Shown here: positions 10,007 through 19,766 of the stretch, piece after piece
Layout: the number at the start of each line of letters is the position of its first letter
How positions within the stretch are numbered: the first letter of the stretch is position 1
Origin: Candidatus Culexmicrobium cathedralense
GTDB taxonomy: Archaea > Thermoproteota > Methanomethylicia > Culexarchaeales > Culexmicrobiaceae
Assembly: GCA_025061115.1 (NCBI GenBank)
Contig: JANZKC010000001.1
Coordinates: 1 to 64,000, forward strand
Direction: 5' to 3'
DNA length: 64,000 bases
Program-made: the position numbers and the translations under genes
The notes under the pieces: model-generated
The model's input: only the letters and a program-made list of their open reading frames with translations
Databases searched by the model: none
What the model was told of the DNA's origin: nothing

Positions 10007-11843
10007 ACTCCTCCCTCACAAACCTCGCACGACTACGCTCAGCCTCACTCCTAATATCCCTAAACCTCCTAGATGAAAAATACGCCTTATACTTACTCGC
10101 AACATTAACAAGATCAAGGTCAGCAATACCCCTAAGCATAACCCTAGCCTGCTTAGCCCAAACCTTAACAAGCTTATCAGCAAGAAACAGCAGGTGATTA
10201 TGACCCATCTCCTCAATAACATTAGGATTATCACACTGACTAAGAATATAGAGTACAAGGTCTCCAATGAAGCTACGCGTATTCACTTCAAGGAAAGGCT
10301 TAACCACTGACACGCCGCTCTTCTCCAAACAATTAAAATCAACAATCAACTTCGAGTCAAATTCGGGGCAGAAGGGCCGGTCATATAGGAAGACTGCACT
10401 CCTAATCGAAGGATCAGACTTAAGGCTTCTCAGCTGGAAGTAACCCCTAACAAAAAGCTGCTCACAAAAAACAGCCTTCCTAGCAGCACGAGCAACCACA
10501 CCCTCGTCATCACAACCTTCATCCCTAACCATAGTGGCAAAGCAAGCATCATACTCAACCGAACGCCAAGGAGTAGGAATCCTATCAAAATTAGCAGCAC
10601 TAACCATAGAAAGCAGAGCACGATCACTCCTAAGCGCAGGAGGCAACTCACTAGAAGAACGCGAAGAATCAGTCAACTTCAACCATACTGGTAAGACTGC
10701 ACGAATAACGTCGGTAGCACTAGTATCCTTAACAATACCAACAATTAACTTACCATTATTAACAGCGTAATCAACGATTCTATGCAAAAGAAACACATTC
10801 AAAGCATTAATATCAAGAGTAGTAATCCACCTACCATCCTCACCTTCAAGCATTAATGGGTGATCAGCGCCGCCGCCCAAAATCCTATCAACAAACTTTT
10901 CAGTCACAAACCAAACGCGCTTCCAATAATCCTCAACGCCGTCGCGAACCATCAAATACTTATCGCCAACACTTGAATCGAGCAGCTGACCATCATAACG
11001 CTCATCCAACCGCCGAACCCGACGAACAAAACGCTTAGCATCATCAACAGAAACACCCAACAAACCAGGAATCTCACTCTTCCGAACAGCCCTACCCTCA
11101 CGCTTAAAATCAATAAGCAACTTAATCAATGCATAAGCGCCGTAAGCACCTCTAGGCGGAACATACACGCGGCCAGCACCCAGAAAACAAGCCAAACGCA
11201 AATCAAGCAATGAAACTTCCCCATAAGGCGTGGAAAAACCAGCCAACACAGAAGAGCCACGCCTAAGCAGCAACCTCAAATCACGACTAGCAGGACCATA
11301 AGTACCAGAAAGCAACCTATCCAACAAAACAACCCTAACATCATCACTCAACAATGCCTTATAAGCAAGCCACAACTCAGCCAAAGTCATCAAAGCATAA
11401 GGAACACTCTCAATAGACCGCTTAACATCAAAATCAGAAACAGCACCCAACGAAGAAGGATCAACATTAGGCAAATCCTCCAACCACAAAGGAACACTAG
11501 CACTAACCTTCAAAGCATCCTCACGAACAGCACCAAAAACATCAAAAACAACCCGGCCACCATCAACCCTCACCCAACAAGAATACCCAGCCGCACACAC
11601 ATACAACAAAAGCAGCTCAAGCCTCTCCTCAACAGCATAAGAACCATCAACACCAACAACCTTAAACCCACCATCACCAAAAAACCCAGCCAAATTCAAA
11701 TTACATTCGCCAACGTCAAGCGACTTAAAGAAACCCAAAATAAAATCCAACTTAGAAACATGCCTCACCCTACCCTCAAAAACATCAAGCACACGCCGAG
11801 TAGCACGCCTCAAACCACGAGCATCAACAGACGAAGGAAACAA
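9999..11843 (-). CDS. nurA: NurA-domain nuclease (long form)
   Basis: VVGVDGS, VLLDRLL, VGIVKD and terminal GHNHLLFLADK (GYP..L..AD-like) motifs; coupled to the HerA gene. Confidence 0.75.
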   Translation of the reverse strand: MFPSSVDARGLRRATRRVLDVFEGRVRHVSKLDFILGFFKSLDVGECNLNLAGFFGDGGFKVVGVDGSYAVEERLELLLLYVCAAGYSCWVRVDGGRVVFDVFGAVREDALKVSASVPLWLEDLPNVDPSSLGAVSDFDVKRSIESVPYALMTLAELWLAYKALLSDDVRVVLLDRLLSGTYGPASRDLRLLLRRGSSVLAGFSTPYGEVSLLDLRLACFLGAGRVYVPPRGAYGAYALIKLLIDFKREGRAVRKSEIPGLLGVSVDDAKRFVRRVRRLDERYDGQLLDSSVGDKYLMVRDGVEDYWKRVWFVTEKFVDRILGGGADHPLMLEGEDGRWITTLDINALNVFLLHRIVDYAVNNGKLIVGIVKDTSATDVIRAVLPVWLKLTDSSRSSSELPPALRSDRALLSMVSAANFDRIPTPWRSVEYDACFATMVRDEGCDDEGVVARAARKAVFCEQLFVRGYFQLRSLKSDPSIRSAVFLYDRPFCPEFDSKLIVDFNCLEKSGVSVVKPFLEVNTRSFIGDLVLYILSQCDNPNVIEEMGHNHLLFLADKLVKVWAKQARVMLRGIADLDLVNVASKYKAYFSSRRFRDIRSEAERSRARFVREEYE

Positions 11844-12188
11844 ACCAACACACCAAAAAATAATTCATCAGGCAACAAAATAACATTAACGTCATAGTTA
11901 AAAACTGATGATATAATTATAAACTAAAGTTACCCTAAAACTATATTAGTAAAATACAGAACACTTAAGCCATTTCAGAGGTAAAGAAGTTAGACGGACC
12001 GTTGTAATAAAGGGTAAGTATATGACCGGAAAAAAGAAAACATCGACCCGTTCTGAAACTATACCAACGATAAAATCATAACGGACTTATACACTTATCT
12101 ATTTTCAAAATTTTATGGAAACATTCATTAATAGTTTAATAATTTAAAGAAAATTCTTAGAAAAATTAAATTAAAATAAAATTCAAAT

Positions 12189-12500
12189 TTACGAAATATT
12201 AGCATTTATATTTGCTAGATCAGATTTTTTCATTACTATTATATCTTTCCATGTATTAAGTTCCAAAATACCCTTATAAGATTTAACAAATGCTTCAATT
12301 ACCCTAATGTAGTCCCCAACGTTCACTTGATCGGCTTGTTCGCGCCATAAATTTAAAATAATTTCACCAGTCTCATCTCGGAGTATTGCCTTAGCTAGTC
12401 TTTTGGTTAACCTTGGAACATCCCACTTTTTAATAATCAAACCCTCAATAGTCAAGTTTTTCATACCTGGTTTTAAGTCTTTTATCTTGACCGTTGACAT
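12189..12500 (-). CDS. ssb: Single OB-fold ssDNA-binding protein (crenarchaeal SSB/RPA-like)
   Basis: KIKDLKPGMKN...LRDETGEI.L.LW...GD; no acidic C-terminal tail. Confidence 0.8.
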   Translation of the reverse strand: MSTVKIKDLKPGMKNLTIEGLIIKKWDVPRLTKRLAKAILRDETGEIILNLWREQADQVNVGDYIRVIEAFVKSYKGILELNTWKDIIVMKKSDLANINANIS

Positions 12501-12619
12501 CTTACCTTACCTCCAACATTTTATTAAATACTTTAAGTGCTTATATTGTTTTATTTTGACGTTAAAATAAAATTTTATAACCTAAGTAGTTAAATTATAT
12601 ATTGGACGAGGGGTGAGGG

Positions 12620-12904
12620 ATGAAGGATAATAGATTTTATATAAAGAGATGGGCACTTCGTTGGATTGAGGGCTCCGTGATAAGTTATATGAGGGGCGCA
12701 ACACCATTAAACATTTTAATGGGAAGAATCAGAAAATGCTTAAAAGATTATGATGTTGATATGAGAGAGATAGACGCACTTTTAACAAGCATCGAAAATA
12801 ATCCAATCTTTTTGCCATTACTAACAAAAAATGAAAATAAATTTCTACTTGGTCAGCTTAGAGACGCTTTAAAATTAAGTAAAAAGAAGAAGGAGGCGAT
12901 ATGA
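12620..12904 (+). CDS. Hypothetical protein, first gene of the methyltransferase operon
   Basis: GGGGTGAGGG RBS directly before ATG; TATA-like TTTTATAA upstream. Confidence 0.7.
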   Translation: MKDNRFYIKRWALRWIEGSVISYMRGATPLNILMGRIRKCLKDYDVDMREIDALLTSIENNPIFLPLLTKNENKFLLGQLRDALKLSKKKKEAI

Positions 12905-12905
12905 T

Positions 12906-13577
12906 CTGACAACCGTTAATAATTTAGACAGGATTAATAATGAGCTAGAACACTTAAGACACAAGATACATGAGCTAGAGAAATCTTTAGCTAAATATGG
13001 ATTCAATGCGAGCAGGGGGATAGAAAGTTACAAAATTAACGAGCTTAAGAAAATAATACGAAATTCTGGAGCTCAAAATGAAATAAAAAAACTTTTAAAA
13101 GAAATAATTAGTCTACAAGAGACATTATATCAAAAACTTTATGAAAATGCCAACTCAAAAATGCTTGATATTGATACAGACTCGCCAGAAAGGAGACTTG
13201 TAAGAATAAAAGAGTGGCTGGAGAAAAAGGCCGCACATAAACCCATTAGAAGTCGAAAAAAATTCATCGATACTATAAAATCAGTATTACAAGTAATAAA
13301 ATTAAGAGATTCTAATAACGACGAAGTTTTAACAAACATAATTATGGGAATACTCACAAAATCCTATAAAAGAGATTATGATAGATATAGAGTACTTAAG
13401 TTCATTATCGAATCGATGCAAAGATTTTGCGCAACTAACCATCTTGAAAGTCTGCAAATGAATATAGAAATGCTGCCTATCAATGAATTAGTACGTAAGG
13501 TTGTAAAAGACCTTAGAAAGGTAGATGTGAATAAATTGGAAACATATATTCTAACAATGTATGAGGGAAGATTATGA
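12906..13577 (+). CDS. Hypothetical helical/coiled-coil protein (about 223 aa, probable CTG start)
   Basis: Frame of ORF 13161 stays open back to CTG at 12906, 9 nt after GGAGG; stop overlaps the methyltransferase ATG (ATGA). Confidence 0.6.
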   Translation: MTTVNNLDRINNELEHLRHKIHELEKSLAKYGFNASRGIESYKINELKKIIRNSGAQNEIKKLLKEIISLQETLYQKLYENANSKMLDIDTDSPERRLVRIKEWLEKKAAHKPIRSRKKFIDTIKSVLQVIKLRDSNNDEVLTNIIMGILTKSYKRDYDRYRVLKFIIESMQRFCATNHLESLQMNIEMLPINELVRKVVKDLRKVDVNKLETYILTMYEGRL

Positions 13578-14659
13578 AAAGCACAAACACCATGATTGAT
13601 TTATTTAGTGGAGCGGGAGGACTAACTCTAGGTTTTCGATGGGCTGGATTCAAACCTGTCTTGGCTCTTGATGTTGACTGGGACGCTATTGTAACTTATA
13701 AAGCAAACAATCCTGGTGTTTCTTGGATTTGCAAAGACATTAGAAAAGTATCGACTAAAGAGATTATCGAAGTTTCAGGTGTGGAAAAAGGCGGGATTGA
13801 TGTCATAGTTGCAGGGATACCATGTGAAGGTTATTCACTTCTCAACAGAAGATATGATCCATCAGACCCTAGAAATTATCTATTCATCGAATTTATGAGA
13901 ATTGTTAGAAGTTTAAAGCCCAAGGCAGTTGTTATTGAGAATGTACCTGGTCTTTTCAGACGAGCTAACAGCTTGTTTAGAAAAGCTATAGAAAGTGCAC
14001 TTGAAGATTTAGGGTATAAAGTAAAGTCGTTTGAGTTAAACGCTTTAAATTATGGAGTGCCACAAAGAAGAGTTAGGGTATTCTTCGTTGGTACTACGAA
14101 TGAACTTTACGAGCCTCCACCTCCAACACATAAATTTGAAAAACATGGGATTGAAACATATATTTATGGCAAAAATCGTGAATTAAAGTCCCCATTAACA
14201 GTCTGGGATGCAATATCAGATTTACCTCCGTTAAAACCAGGCGAGAAAAAGGAGAGATATGAGAGCGAGCCGAAAACTGAGTATCAAAAACTAATGCGTT
14301 GTGGTAGTACTAAATTATACAATCACATTGCTCCTAAACATCCGGAATGGACAATAAAGCTAATCGAACGGACTAAACCCGGAGAACCTCTATATAACAC
14401 ATTCAAACAAAGAGTAAGACTAAGATGGGATGAGCCTTCACCAACCATACCTGCAGGTGGAGTAAGGCCCCAATGGTTTTTCGCTCACCCAAGCCAAGCA
14501 AGAGGACTTACTGTAAGAGAAATGGCTAGATTACAATCATTTCCTGATAAATACATCTTTTACGGATCGATTATCAAACAAAGAATTTTAGTTGGAGACG
14601 CTGTCCCTCCATTACTTGCCAAAGTTTTAGCCGAGCAGTTGATAAAGTATATAAGGTGA
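13574..14659 (+). CDS. dcm: DNA (cytosine-5)-methyltransferase
   Basis: Motif I FSGAGG, catalytic GIPCEGYS, ENVPG, QRRVRVF, RLQSFPD, GDAVPP. Confidence 0.95.
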   Translation: MKSTNTMIDLFSGAGGLTLGFRWAGFKPVLALDVDWDAIVTYKANNPGVSWICKDIRKVSTKEIIEVSGVEKGGIDVIVAGIPCEGYSLLNRRYDPSDPRNYLFIEFMRIVRSLKPKAVVIENVPGLFRRANSLFRKAIESALEDLGYKVKSFELNALNYGVPQRRVRVFFVGTTNELYEPPPPTHKFEKHGIETYIYGKNRELKSPLTVWDAISDLPPLKPGEKKERYESEPKTEYQKLMRCGSTKLYNHIAPKHPEWTIKLIERTKPGEPLYNTFKQRVRLRWDEPSPTIPAGGVRPQWFFAHPSQARGLTVREMARLQSFPDKYIFYGSIIKQRILVGDAVPPLLAKVLAEQLIKYIR

Positions 14660-14660
14660 G

Positions 14661-15383
14661 TTGATGTACATGAGAACTAAAAATGATGATATTATCAAAT
14701 GCATTGCTGATAGACTCGTACGCTGGTTCGATGTTAACGGTAGAAGATTTCCTTGGAGATTTATTTCTGATCCTTACAAGATACTCATAACAGAACTTTT
14801 ACTTCAACGCACAAAGGCTGAGACTATAGAAAAAATATATGATAAATTTTTTAATAGATTTCCAAATATAGGCGCACTTGCAAAGGCGGATATAGCAGAA
14901 CTAAAAAAAATCTTTTCTAAACTCGGTCTTTCGTATAGAGCTCAAAGAGCAAAGAAAGTCGCCGAAGAATTGATGAGAATTTATGGTGGAAAAATTCCAT
15001 GTAATATGTATGACCTTCTCAAGTTAAAAGGTATTGGCGTTTACATAGCCTCTGCAACTCTCAATTTTGGTTTCAATAAACCAACACCTGTAGTCGATAA
15101 AAATGTCATGCGAGTGCTAAACAGGTTGCGTGGAATAACAAACGAAAAAAGTGCAAGAATATTCGTAAAAAAATTATTTAATTATGGGGATAATCAAAAG
15201 ATAGCATATGCTCTAATCGATCTGGGCTCTTTAATTTGCGTTGAAAACCCTAAGTGTACTTTGTGCCCTCTTAAGGGTATTTGCCATAAAATCCCGTTGA
15301 AAAAAGAAAAATGGCGTTTTATGAGAAAGATTATTGGAAAGGATGGGATGATCAGGCTTCGAGAACAGCCAACATCGAAATAA
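14661..15383 (+). CDS. mig: HhH-GPD DNA glycosylase, Mig/TDG-like G:T mismatch glycosylase
   Basis: LLQRT, HhH LKGIGVY (Tyr at the lyase-Lys position, so monofunctional), VVDKNV, C-x6-C-x2-C-x5-C FeS motif; directly after a C5-MTase as for Mig.MthI. Confidence 0.8.
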   Translation: MMYMRTKNDDIIKCIADRLVRWFDVNGRRFPWRFISDPYKILITELLLQRTKAETIEKIYDKFFNRFPNIGALAKADIAELKKIFSKLGLSYRAQRAKKVAEELMRIYGGKIPCNMYDLLKLKGIGVYIASATLNFGFNKPTPVVDKNVMRVLNRLRGITNEKSARIFVKKLFNYGDNQKIAYALIDLGSLICVENPKCTLCPLKGICHKIPLKKEKWRFMRKIIGKDGMIRLREQPTSK

Positions 15384-15402
15384 ATATATGATTTTTACCT
15401 TT

Positions 15403-16938
15403 TTAAAGTACTTTTAGATATTGTCTTGATACCCAATCCTTCTCCACTTCAGTTGTTGTATAGCTTATTGGAGGCGGCAAGATGGCCCTTGTAGGTAGAT
15501 ACTTAATATCAAAGTCAATGTCATTTGCATAGTATTGGTCATTAACCTTAAATACACTAGAAATGGAATATGCAATTATTATTGGTGAACTTACTTTAAC
15601 ATTTTTCGGCTGTTCACTTGTCATGAATTTGAGCTTCATGTTATATCTTTGGGGGATGCGCCTGACATTAATCTCCCTTCCTACAATAACTGGTTGTACT
15701 TCTATATCGGTTGTTTCAGGTCTGAATTGCGTTAGCACCTGAACTACCCAGGGTACGTAAAGGAGAGTCTCGGCAAGAGCTTTTTTGTCTATAACGCTCT
15801 TTTTAAACTCGAATAAGTAAATCTTAAAACGCCCTTTTGTTTCATCCCATAAACTAGCAACAAAATCTGCAGTATCACCCGTATAACCCCATGGAAGCTC
15901 GCTGGTCCAATACTCAAGTTTTGTTAGTGGAACCCCTAACATCTTATGAATCTTGTAACCTTGATTATCGATATAAAGTGAAAAATGCAGATTTAGATGA
16001 AACTCATGTTCTAATTCCCATGCGCCTCTTTTTAGCCTTACTCTTGCATAGAAAGCAGGAATATTGTTATGATCAGTAATAGGATTTCCTACCTTTCCTG
16101 GATACTTACATCCTCCTATATCACATAATGACTGTGTGTCTTCTGTCGCAAGCATATATGCGATCTTAGCTGCCTCTTCCGGAAGAAGTACTCTTATAGA
16201 TGAACCCTTCCCTGCACCCATCGCATTATCAGTCCTGCTTATCCATATAAAAGGAGACATAGACATGTCACTATAAACTCTGTTATCGCCAGCGGTTTTT
16301 GAGAATACAATTAATGGTTTTATCAGGATCCTTGCAGAAAGAACTACCCTTGAGTATGCTTTGAACCCACTATCAGTCTTAACATAAACGGATCCGTACG
16401 GATTCCCGCACAAAGGACAATTCTTTCCGTTCTGCATTTTCCCTTGACCAAAATTAAATGGTACATTACAATTCGGGCATTTGCCTAAGATTTCATAGCC
16501 AGTTATTGGGTGTTTTAGTGATGTTGTATCTCTAAAAGGCTGAGATGTCACAATCCATATTCCTCTAAAGCCCCTTCTATTTAGTATATCCCTTGGCCAT
16601 TGAGGGTCTGCTTGGAAGAAAAATATTAGATCTCCCGGTCGCACGCCATAAAGGTACGCTAGCATCGAATATCGTCTCTTGCTCCGCTGGATGTTTATTC
16701 TATACTTCCTTCTTTTCCTGTCAAATATGATTTCGTGAGGATCGGGTACTGAGGCAAAGCAAAAGTCTCTGTGGAGAGGATAGGTCAGACCATTTATCGT
16801 GAAAAGATGTGCACGAGGTGCAGGCTTGTTCTTTGGCTTAAGATACTCCCTTATGGCCTCCATTAAGGCTTCTGGCTCAGCAAATGGATTAATATTTGTC
16901 AGTCTTTTTAATAAATTTTCGAAATTAAAATCAGTCAT
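15403..16938 (-). CDS. EVE-like domain + Zn-finger insert + PD-(D/E)XK (NucS-like) endonuclease
   Basis: VRPGDLIFFF...GFRGIWIVTSQPF EVE-like pattern; CPNC...CPLC; C-terminal E...ADFV...FEFKK nuclease motif. Confidence 0.6.
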   Translation of the reverse strand: MTDFNFENLLKRLTNINPFAEPEALMEAIREYLKPKNKPAPRAHLFTINGLTYPLHRDFCFASVPDPHEIIFDRKRRKYRINIQRSKRRYSMLAYLYGVRPGDLIFFFQADPQWPRDILNRRGFRGIWIVTSQPFRDTTSLKHPITGYEILGKCPNCNVPFNFGQGKMQNGKNCPLCGNPYGSVYVKTDSGFKAYSRVVLSARILIKPLIVFSKTAGDNRVYSDMSMSPFIWISRTDNAMGAGKGSSIRVLLPEEAAKIAYMLATEDTQSLCDIGGCKYPGKVGNPITDHNNIPAFYARVRLKRGAWELEHEFHLNLHFSLYIDNQGYKIHKMLGVPLTKLEYWTSELPWGYTGDTADFVASLWDETKGRFKIYLFEFKKSVIDKKALAETLLYVPWVVQVLTQFRPETTDIEVQPVIVGREINVRRIPQRYNMKLKFMTSEQPKNVKVSSPIIIAYSISSVFKVNDQYYANDIDFDIKYLPTRAILPPPISYTTTEVEKDWVSRQYLKVL

Positions 16939-17153
16939 ACGTACAACCCCGTATATCGGTATTAATTAAAGATGATACTTGGAATAAATATTATTCCATA
17001 GAGTATTTATTATTTTGTATCCATTAAATTTAAATTTTACAAATTTATAAAGGATTTTACAACATAGCGCGAAACAACCTGACACCCTTATAAACCCTAG
17101 GCTTAATTAGTTTTAATAGAAAAACTATAAAAACTGTAGTTTTATCAGCTGTC

Positions 17154-18359
17154 TTAGAACCAATCTGTCAATTTTCTCTCAGCATAAGATCCGCTATAAA
17201 GCAATGCCTTGATTAGAGAGCCTTGTTTGTATTCCTGAAGCATTCTTTTGTTACGTATATACTCTTTAACACTACCATTGTTTAGAAGTGCTTTAGATTG
17301 GCGATTGAATTCTTCATCTACAAGCTTAGTGTTAATTGCCATGTTTGTTCTTTTGCTTTTCAAGATTCGTGATTTAACTTCTTGGTTTAACCAACATACC
17401 ATAGAAACTTTAAAATAATAATATGTGTTAGAGTCAAAGACTCTAGCCTTGTGTTCCAATAACTTGTCTTTTTCAATTACAACCTTACCTTCTATAGGCC
17501 TAACAGGCTCTCTATTAACACCTATTATATTAGCCCCGATCAGAGATGCTAACACATCCGAGGAAGGAGTATAATCCTTCTTTACATTGGACATTATTTC
17601 TCTACGAATATTTGTGGCAATTAGAACAAGCTTATCGAATAGTCCTCTTTCATCAAATTTACGTAAAAACTTACGAACACGAGCTATTTTATCTTCAGTT
17701 ACAGCACCTCCTTCAAAATCTATCCAGATGTTGTAATACTCCTTTTTCATATAATGTTCTGCAAGCTTATCTATATCAGCCATTGAAAATCTGAGAGAAA
17801 GTGGCACGAAGATCGGCTTGTTAGTACTATAATCAAGGATACCATACATAATATCAACTATATCTACAAACTCATCGATTGTGGCTATAGTCTCCTTTTT
17901 CCTTTTACCTCCAGTCTCCTCAACTATACGATGTATCTTTACATTAGGTACTAGAAGAAAGGATGTTGAGTAAGACTGATAGTACATTAGATATCCTTCT
18001 AAATAATCTTCGGTAATCCTACGATTTTCAAAATACCTGAATGGATTAAACGTAAATGTTACAGAAATATATCGCGGAAACTCTCTCGCATAATACGGAA
18101 ATCTGAAATGACTTCTTATTCTCCTATTATCATCGGTTTCTACGATTTTACAAAACCTATTTGAGTTTACGAAAAAGGATTTTTCAAGTACAATAGGGTA
18201 ACCGTCAAACAGCATTACTATGTGTTCATAACATATGTTTTTAGCATCGAGCACTCTAATTGGTCTTTCTATAAATAGCTTACCAAAATTAAACCGTTTT
18301 ATATTAAATAACGAATACCTGTCACGAATAGTCTCTTTAACGTCTATCAGTTTACCCAT
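17154..18359 (-). CDS. Divergent tRNA-guanine-transglycosylase-like TIM-barrel protein
   Basis: N-terminal GKLFIERPIR (cf. TGT G.IETP.F), WIDFEG, GANIIG, C-terminal INTKLVDEEF...NGSVKEY (cf. HN....E...IR.AI..G.L.EY); no CxCxxC Zn site. Confidence 0.45.
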   Translation of the reverse strand: MGKLIDVKETIRDRYSLFNIKRFNFGKLFIERPIRVLDAKNICYEHIVMLFDGYPIVLEKSFFVNSNRFCKIVETDDNRRIRSHFRFPYYAREFPRYISVTFTFNPFRYFENRRITEDYLEGYLMYYQSYSTSFLLVPNVKIHRIVEETGGKRKKETIATIDEFVDIVDIMYGILDYSTNKPIFVPLSLRFSMADIDKLAEHYMKKEYYNIWIDFEGGAVTEDKIARVRKFLRKFDERGLFDKLVLIATNIRREIMSNVKKDYTPSSDVLASLIGANIIGVNREPVRPIEGKVVIEKDKLLEHKARVFDSNTYYYFKVSMVCWLNQEVKSRILKSKRTNMAINTKLVDEEFNRQSKALLNNGSVKEYIRNKRMLQEYKQGSLIKALLYSGSYAERKLTDWF

Positions 18360-18364
18360 GTTTA

Positions 18365-18937
18365 CTACCTCTCGATACTAATTATTTCATTTTTGACTTT
18401 CTCCAAAATATCTCTACTCACTCTAAATTTAGAGTTCTCTATTGCCTTTAGTATATTTAACGCTTCATCCTTAGATATAATGCCGTAAATACTATAGCAT
18501 TGTTTAATAAAACCAAGTGTACCTACAATATTTTCAAAAATCTCCGGGAAGTTCCTTTGAATAAACCTTCTCGTTTCTGTTTCATCAATGATAACTATGT
18601 AGTTTCGGTTTAAAACATGGTGATAAACATATGCTGCAACTATAACCTCGTGTTCACCTTTAACTATCTCCTCTTCAGCAAATAAGGGTTTAAGAATCTC
18701 GGCGTACATACCATATTCGAAGTGTTTGAAGTAATCGTTTAAATCATTAAAGAGTGTATTAAACCTAGAATTCATCATCAATTCTTCTTTGACTTTTTCA
18801 CATAGAACGAATATGAAGCGATTATAGGTTATTGTCCGTTTAAGAATAGCGGGTATTTTTATGTCATCAAGAAAACATACAAAGAAACTAGAATTAGGAA
18901 TTACATTAACAACATCTTTATCATGTTCCCTCGACAA
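18365..18937 (-). CDS. PIN-domain protein (DUF3368-like)
   Basis: VIPNSSFF, GEHEVI, IIDETETR, GTLG, FRVS pattern. Confidence 0.65.
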   Translation of the reverse strand: MSREHDKDVVNVIPNSSFFVCFLDDIKIPAILKRTITYNRFIFVLCEKVKEELMMNSRFNTLFNDLNDYFKHFEYGMYAEILKPLFAEEEIVKGEHEVIVAAYVYHHVLNRNYIVIIDETETRRFIQRNFPEIFENIVGTLGFIKQCYSIYGIISKDEALNILKAIENSKFRVSRDILEKVKNEIISIER

Positions 18938-19463
18938 TCTCTAAGCACCTCTTCTTAGTAATCAATCCTTTCCTAAACAAGCTTAATGCAAGCTCTTTTT
19001 TCTTTTTAACAAGTTTTTCATAGTAGATAGAATGCTCTCCAAACTCTGGATAAGTTATGTATATTAAGAGTAACAACTCATCAGTCAATAATTTATCGTA
19101 GATCCTTCGTATCATTTTAAGCATTGCCAAGAACTGTTTAAAACCAGGAACTTCCTCATAGGTTTTAACTAATTCTTTATACTTCTTTTTACCTATATCA
19201 TTCAAAGAAATTCTACCATTATCTATCGCAACATAATTACTGTCATACACAAGGTTTCTTATTACATCAGAATATGGACCATAACTATGAGGAGCAAACT
19301 GCAATATTTTAGCTACATTATGGTTTGCTCTACTCAATATGAAAAGCTCTTTCTCTAAGTGAAATATAGATGGAATAGGTTTTTCCTCAACACCAAGTAG
19401 TAGCACGATGTACCTCTCAATAATTTCCATTAAATCCTCCAAATAATGATCATGACCAGCCAT
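18921..19463 (-). CDS. Panacea/SocA (DUF4065)-like winged-helix antitoxin
   Basis: LEKELF...FAPHSYGPYS...LL.YIY..YPE signature. Confidence 0.65.
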   Translation of the reverse strand: MAGHDHYLEDLMEIIERYIVLLLGVEEKPIPSIFHLEKELFILSRANHNVAKILQFAPHSYGPYSDVIRNLVYDSNYVAIDNGRISLNDIGKKKYKELVKTYEEVPGFKQFLAMLKMIRRIYDKLLTDELLLLIYITYPEFGEHSIYYEKLVKKKKELALSLFRKGLITKKRCLEIVEGT

Positions 19464-19766
19464 TATGTCCCTCCCATTACTACCGCGTTGTAAATAAACC
19501 CCCGGTATTATTTAAGCAAAGCCCTAAATGAATAATACCAATACCTACCTAAAACATTATCCATCAATATTAATAATCCTTCGCACCATCACCATTATGG
19601 CAAAACAAGGATTCACACAAACCCTCTTAGAATCTTCGTCAATATCTTTTGCCATTAACAACATTTAGCATAGTATACACGCTCGCTTACGCGCCCTATA
19701 AAATCAATCCCGCCGCTCCATGCCGCCGAAACCCCACGCCGCGCCGTAGTTCTCGATGAAACGCGA

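Noticed and set aside
13574-19463. Interpreting dcm + TGT-like gene as a Dpd or DISARM system
   Set aside because: No dpdB-K, queC/D/E or drmA/B/C homologues recognised; the two modules are separate transcription units
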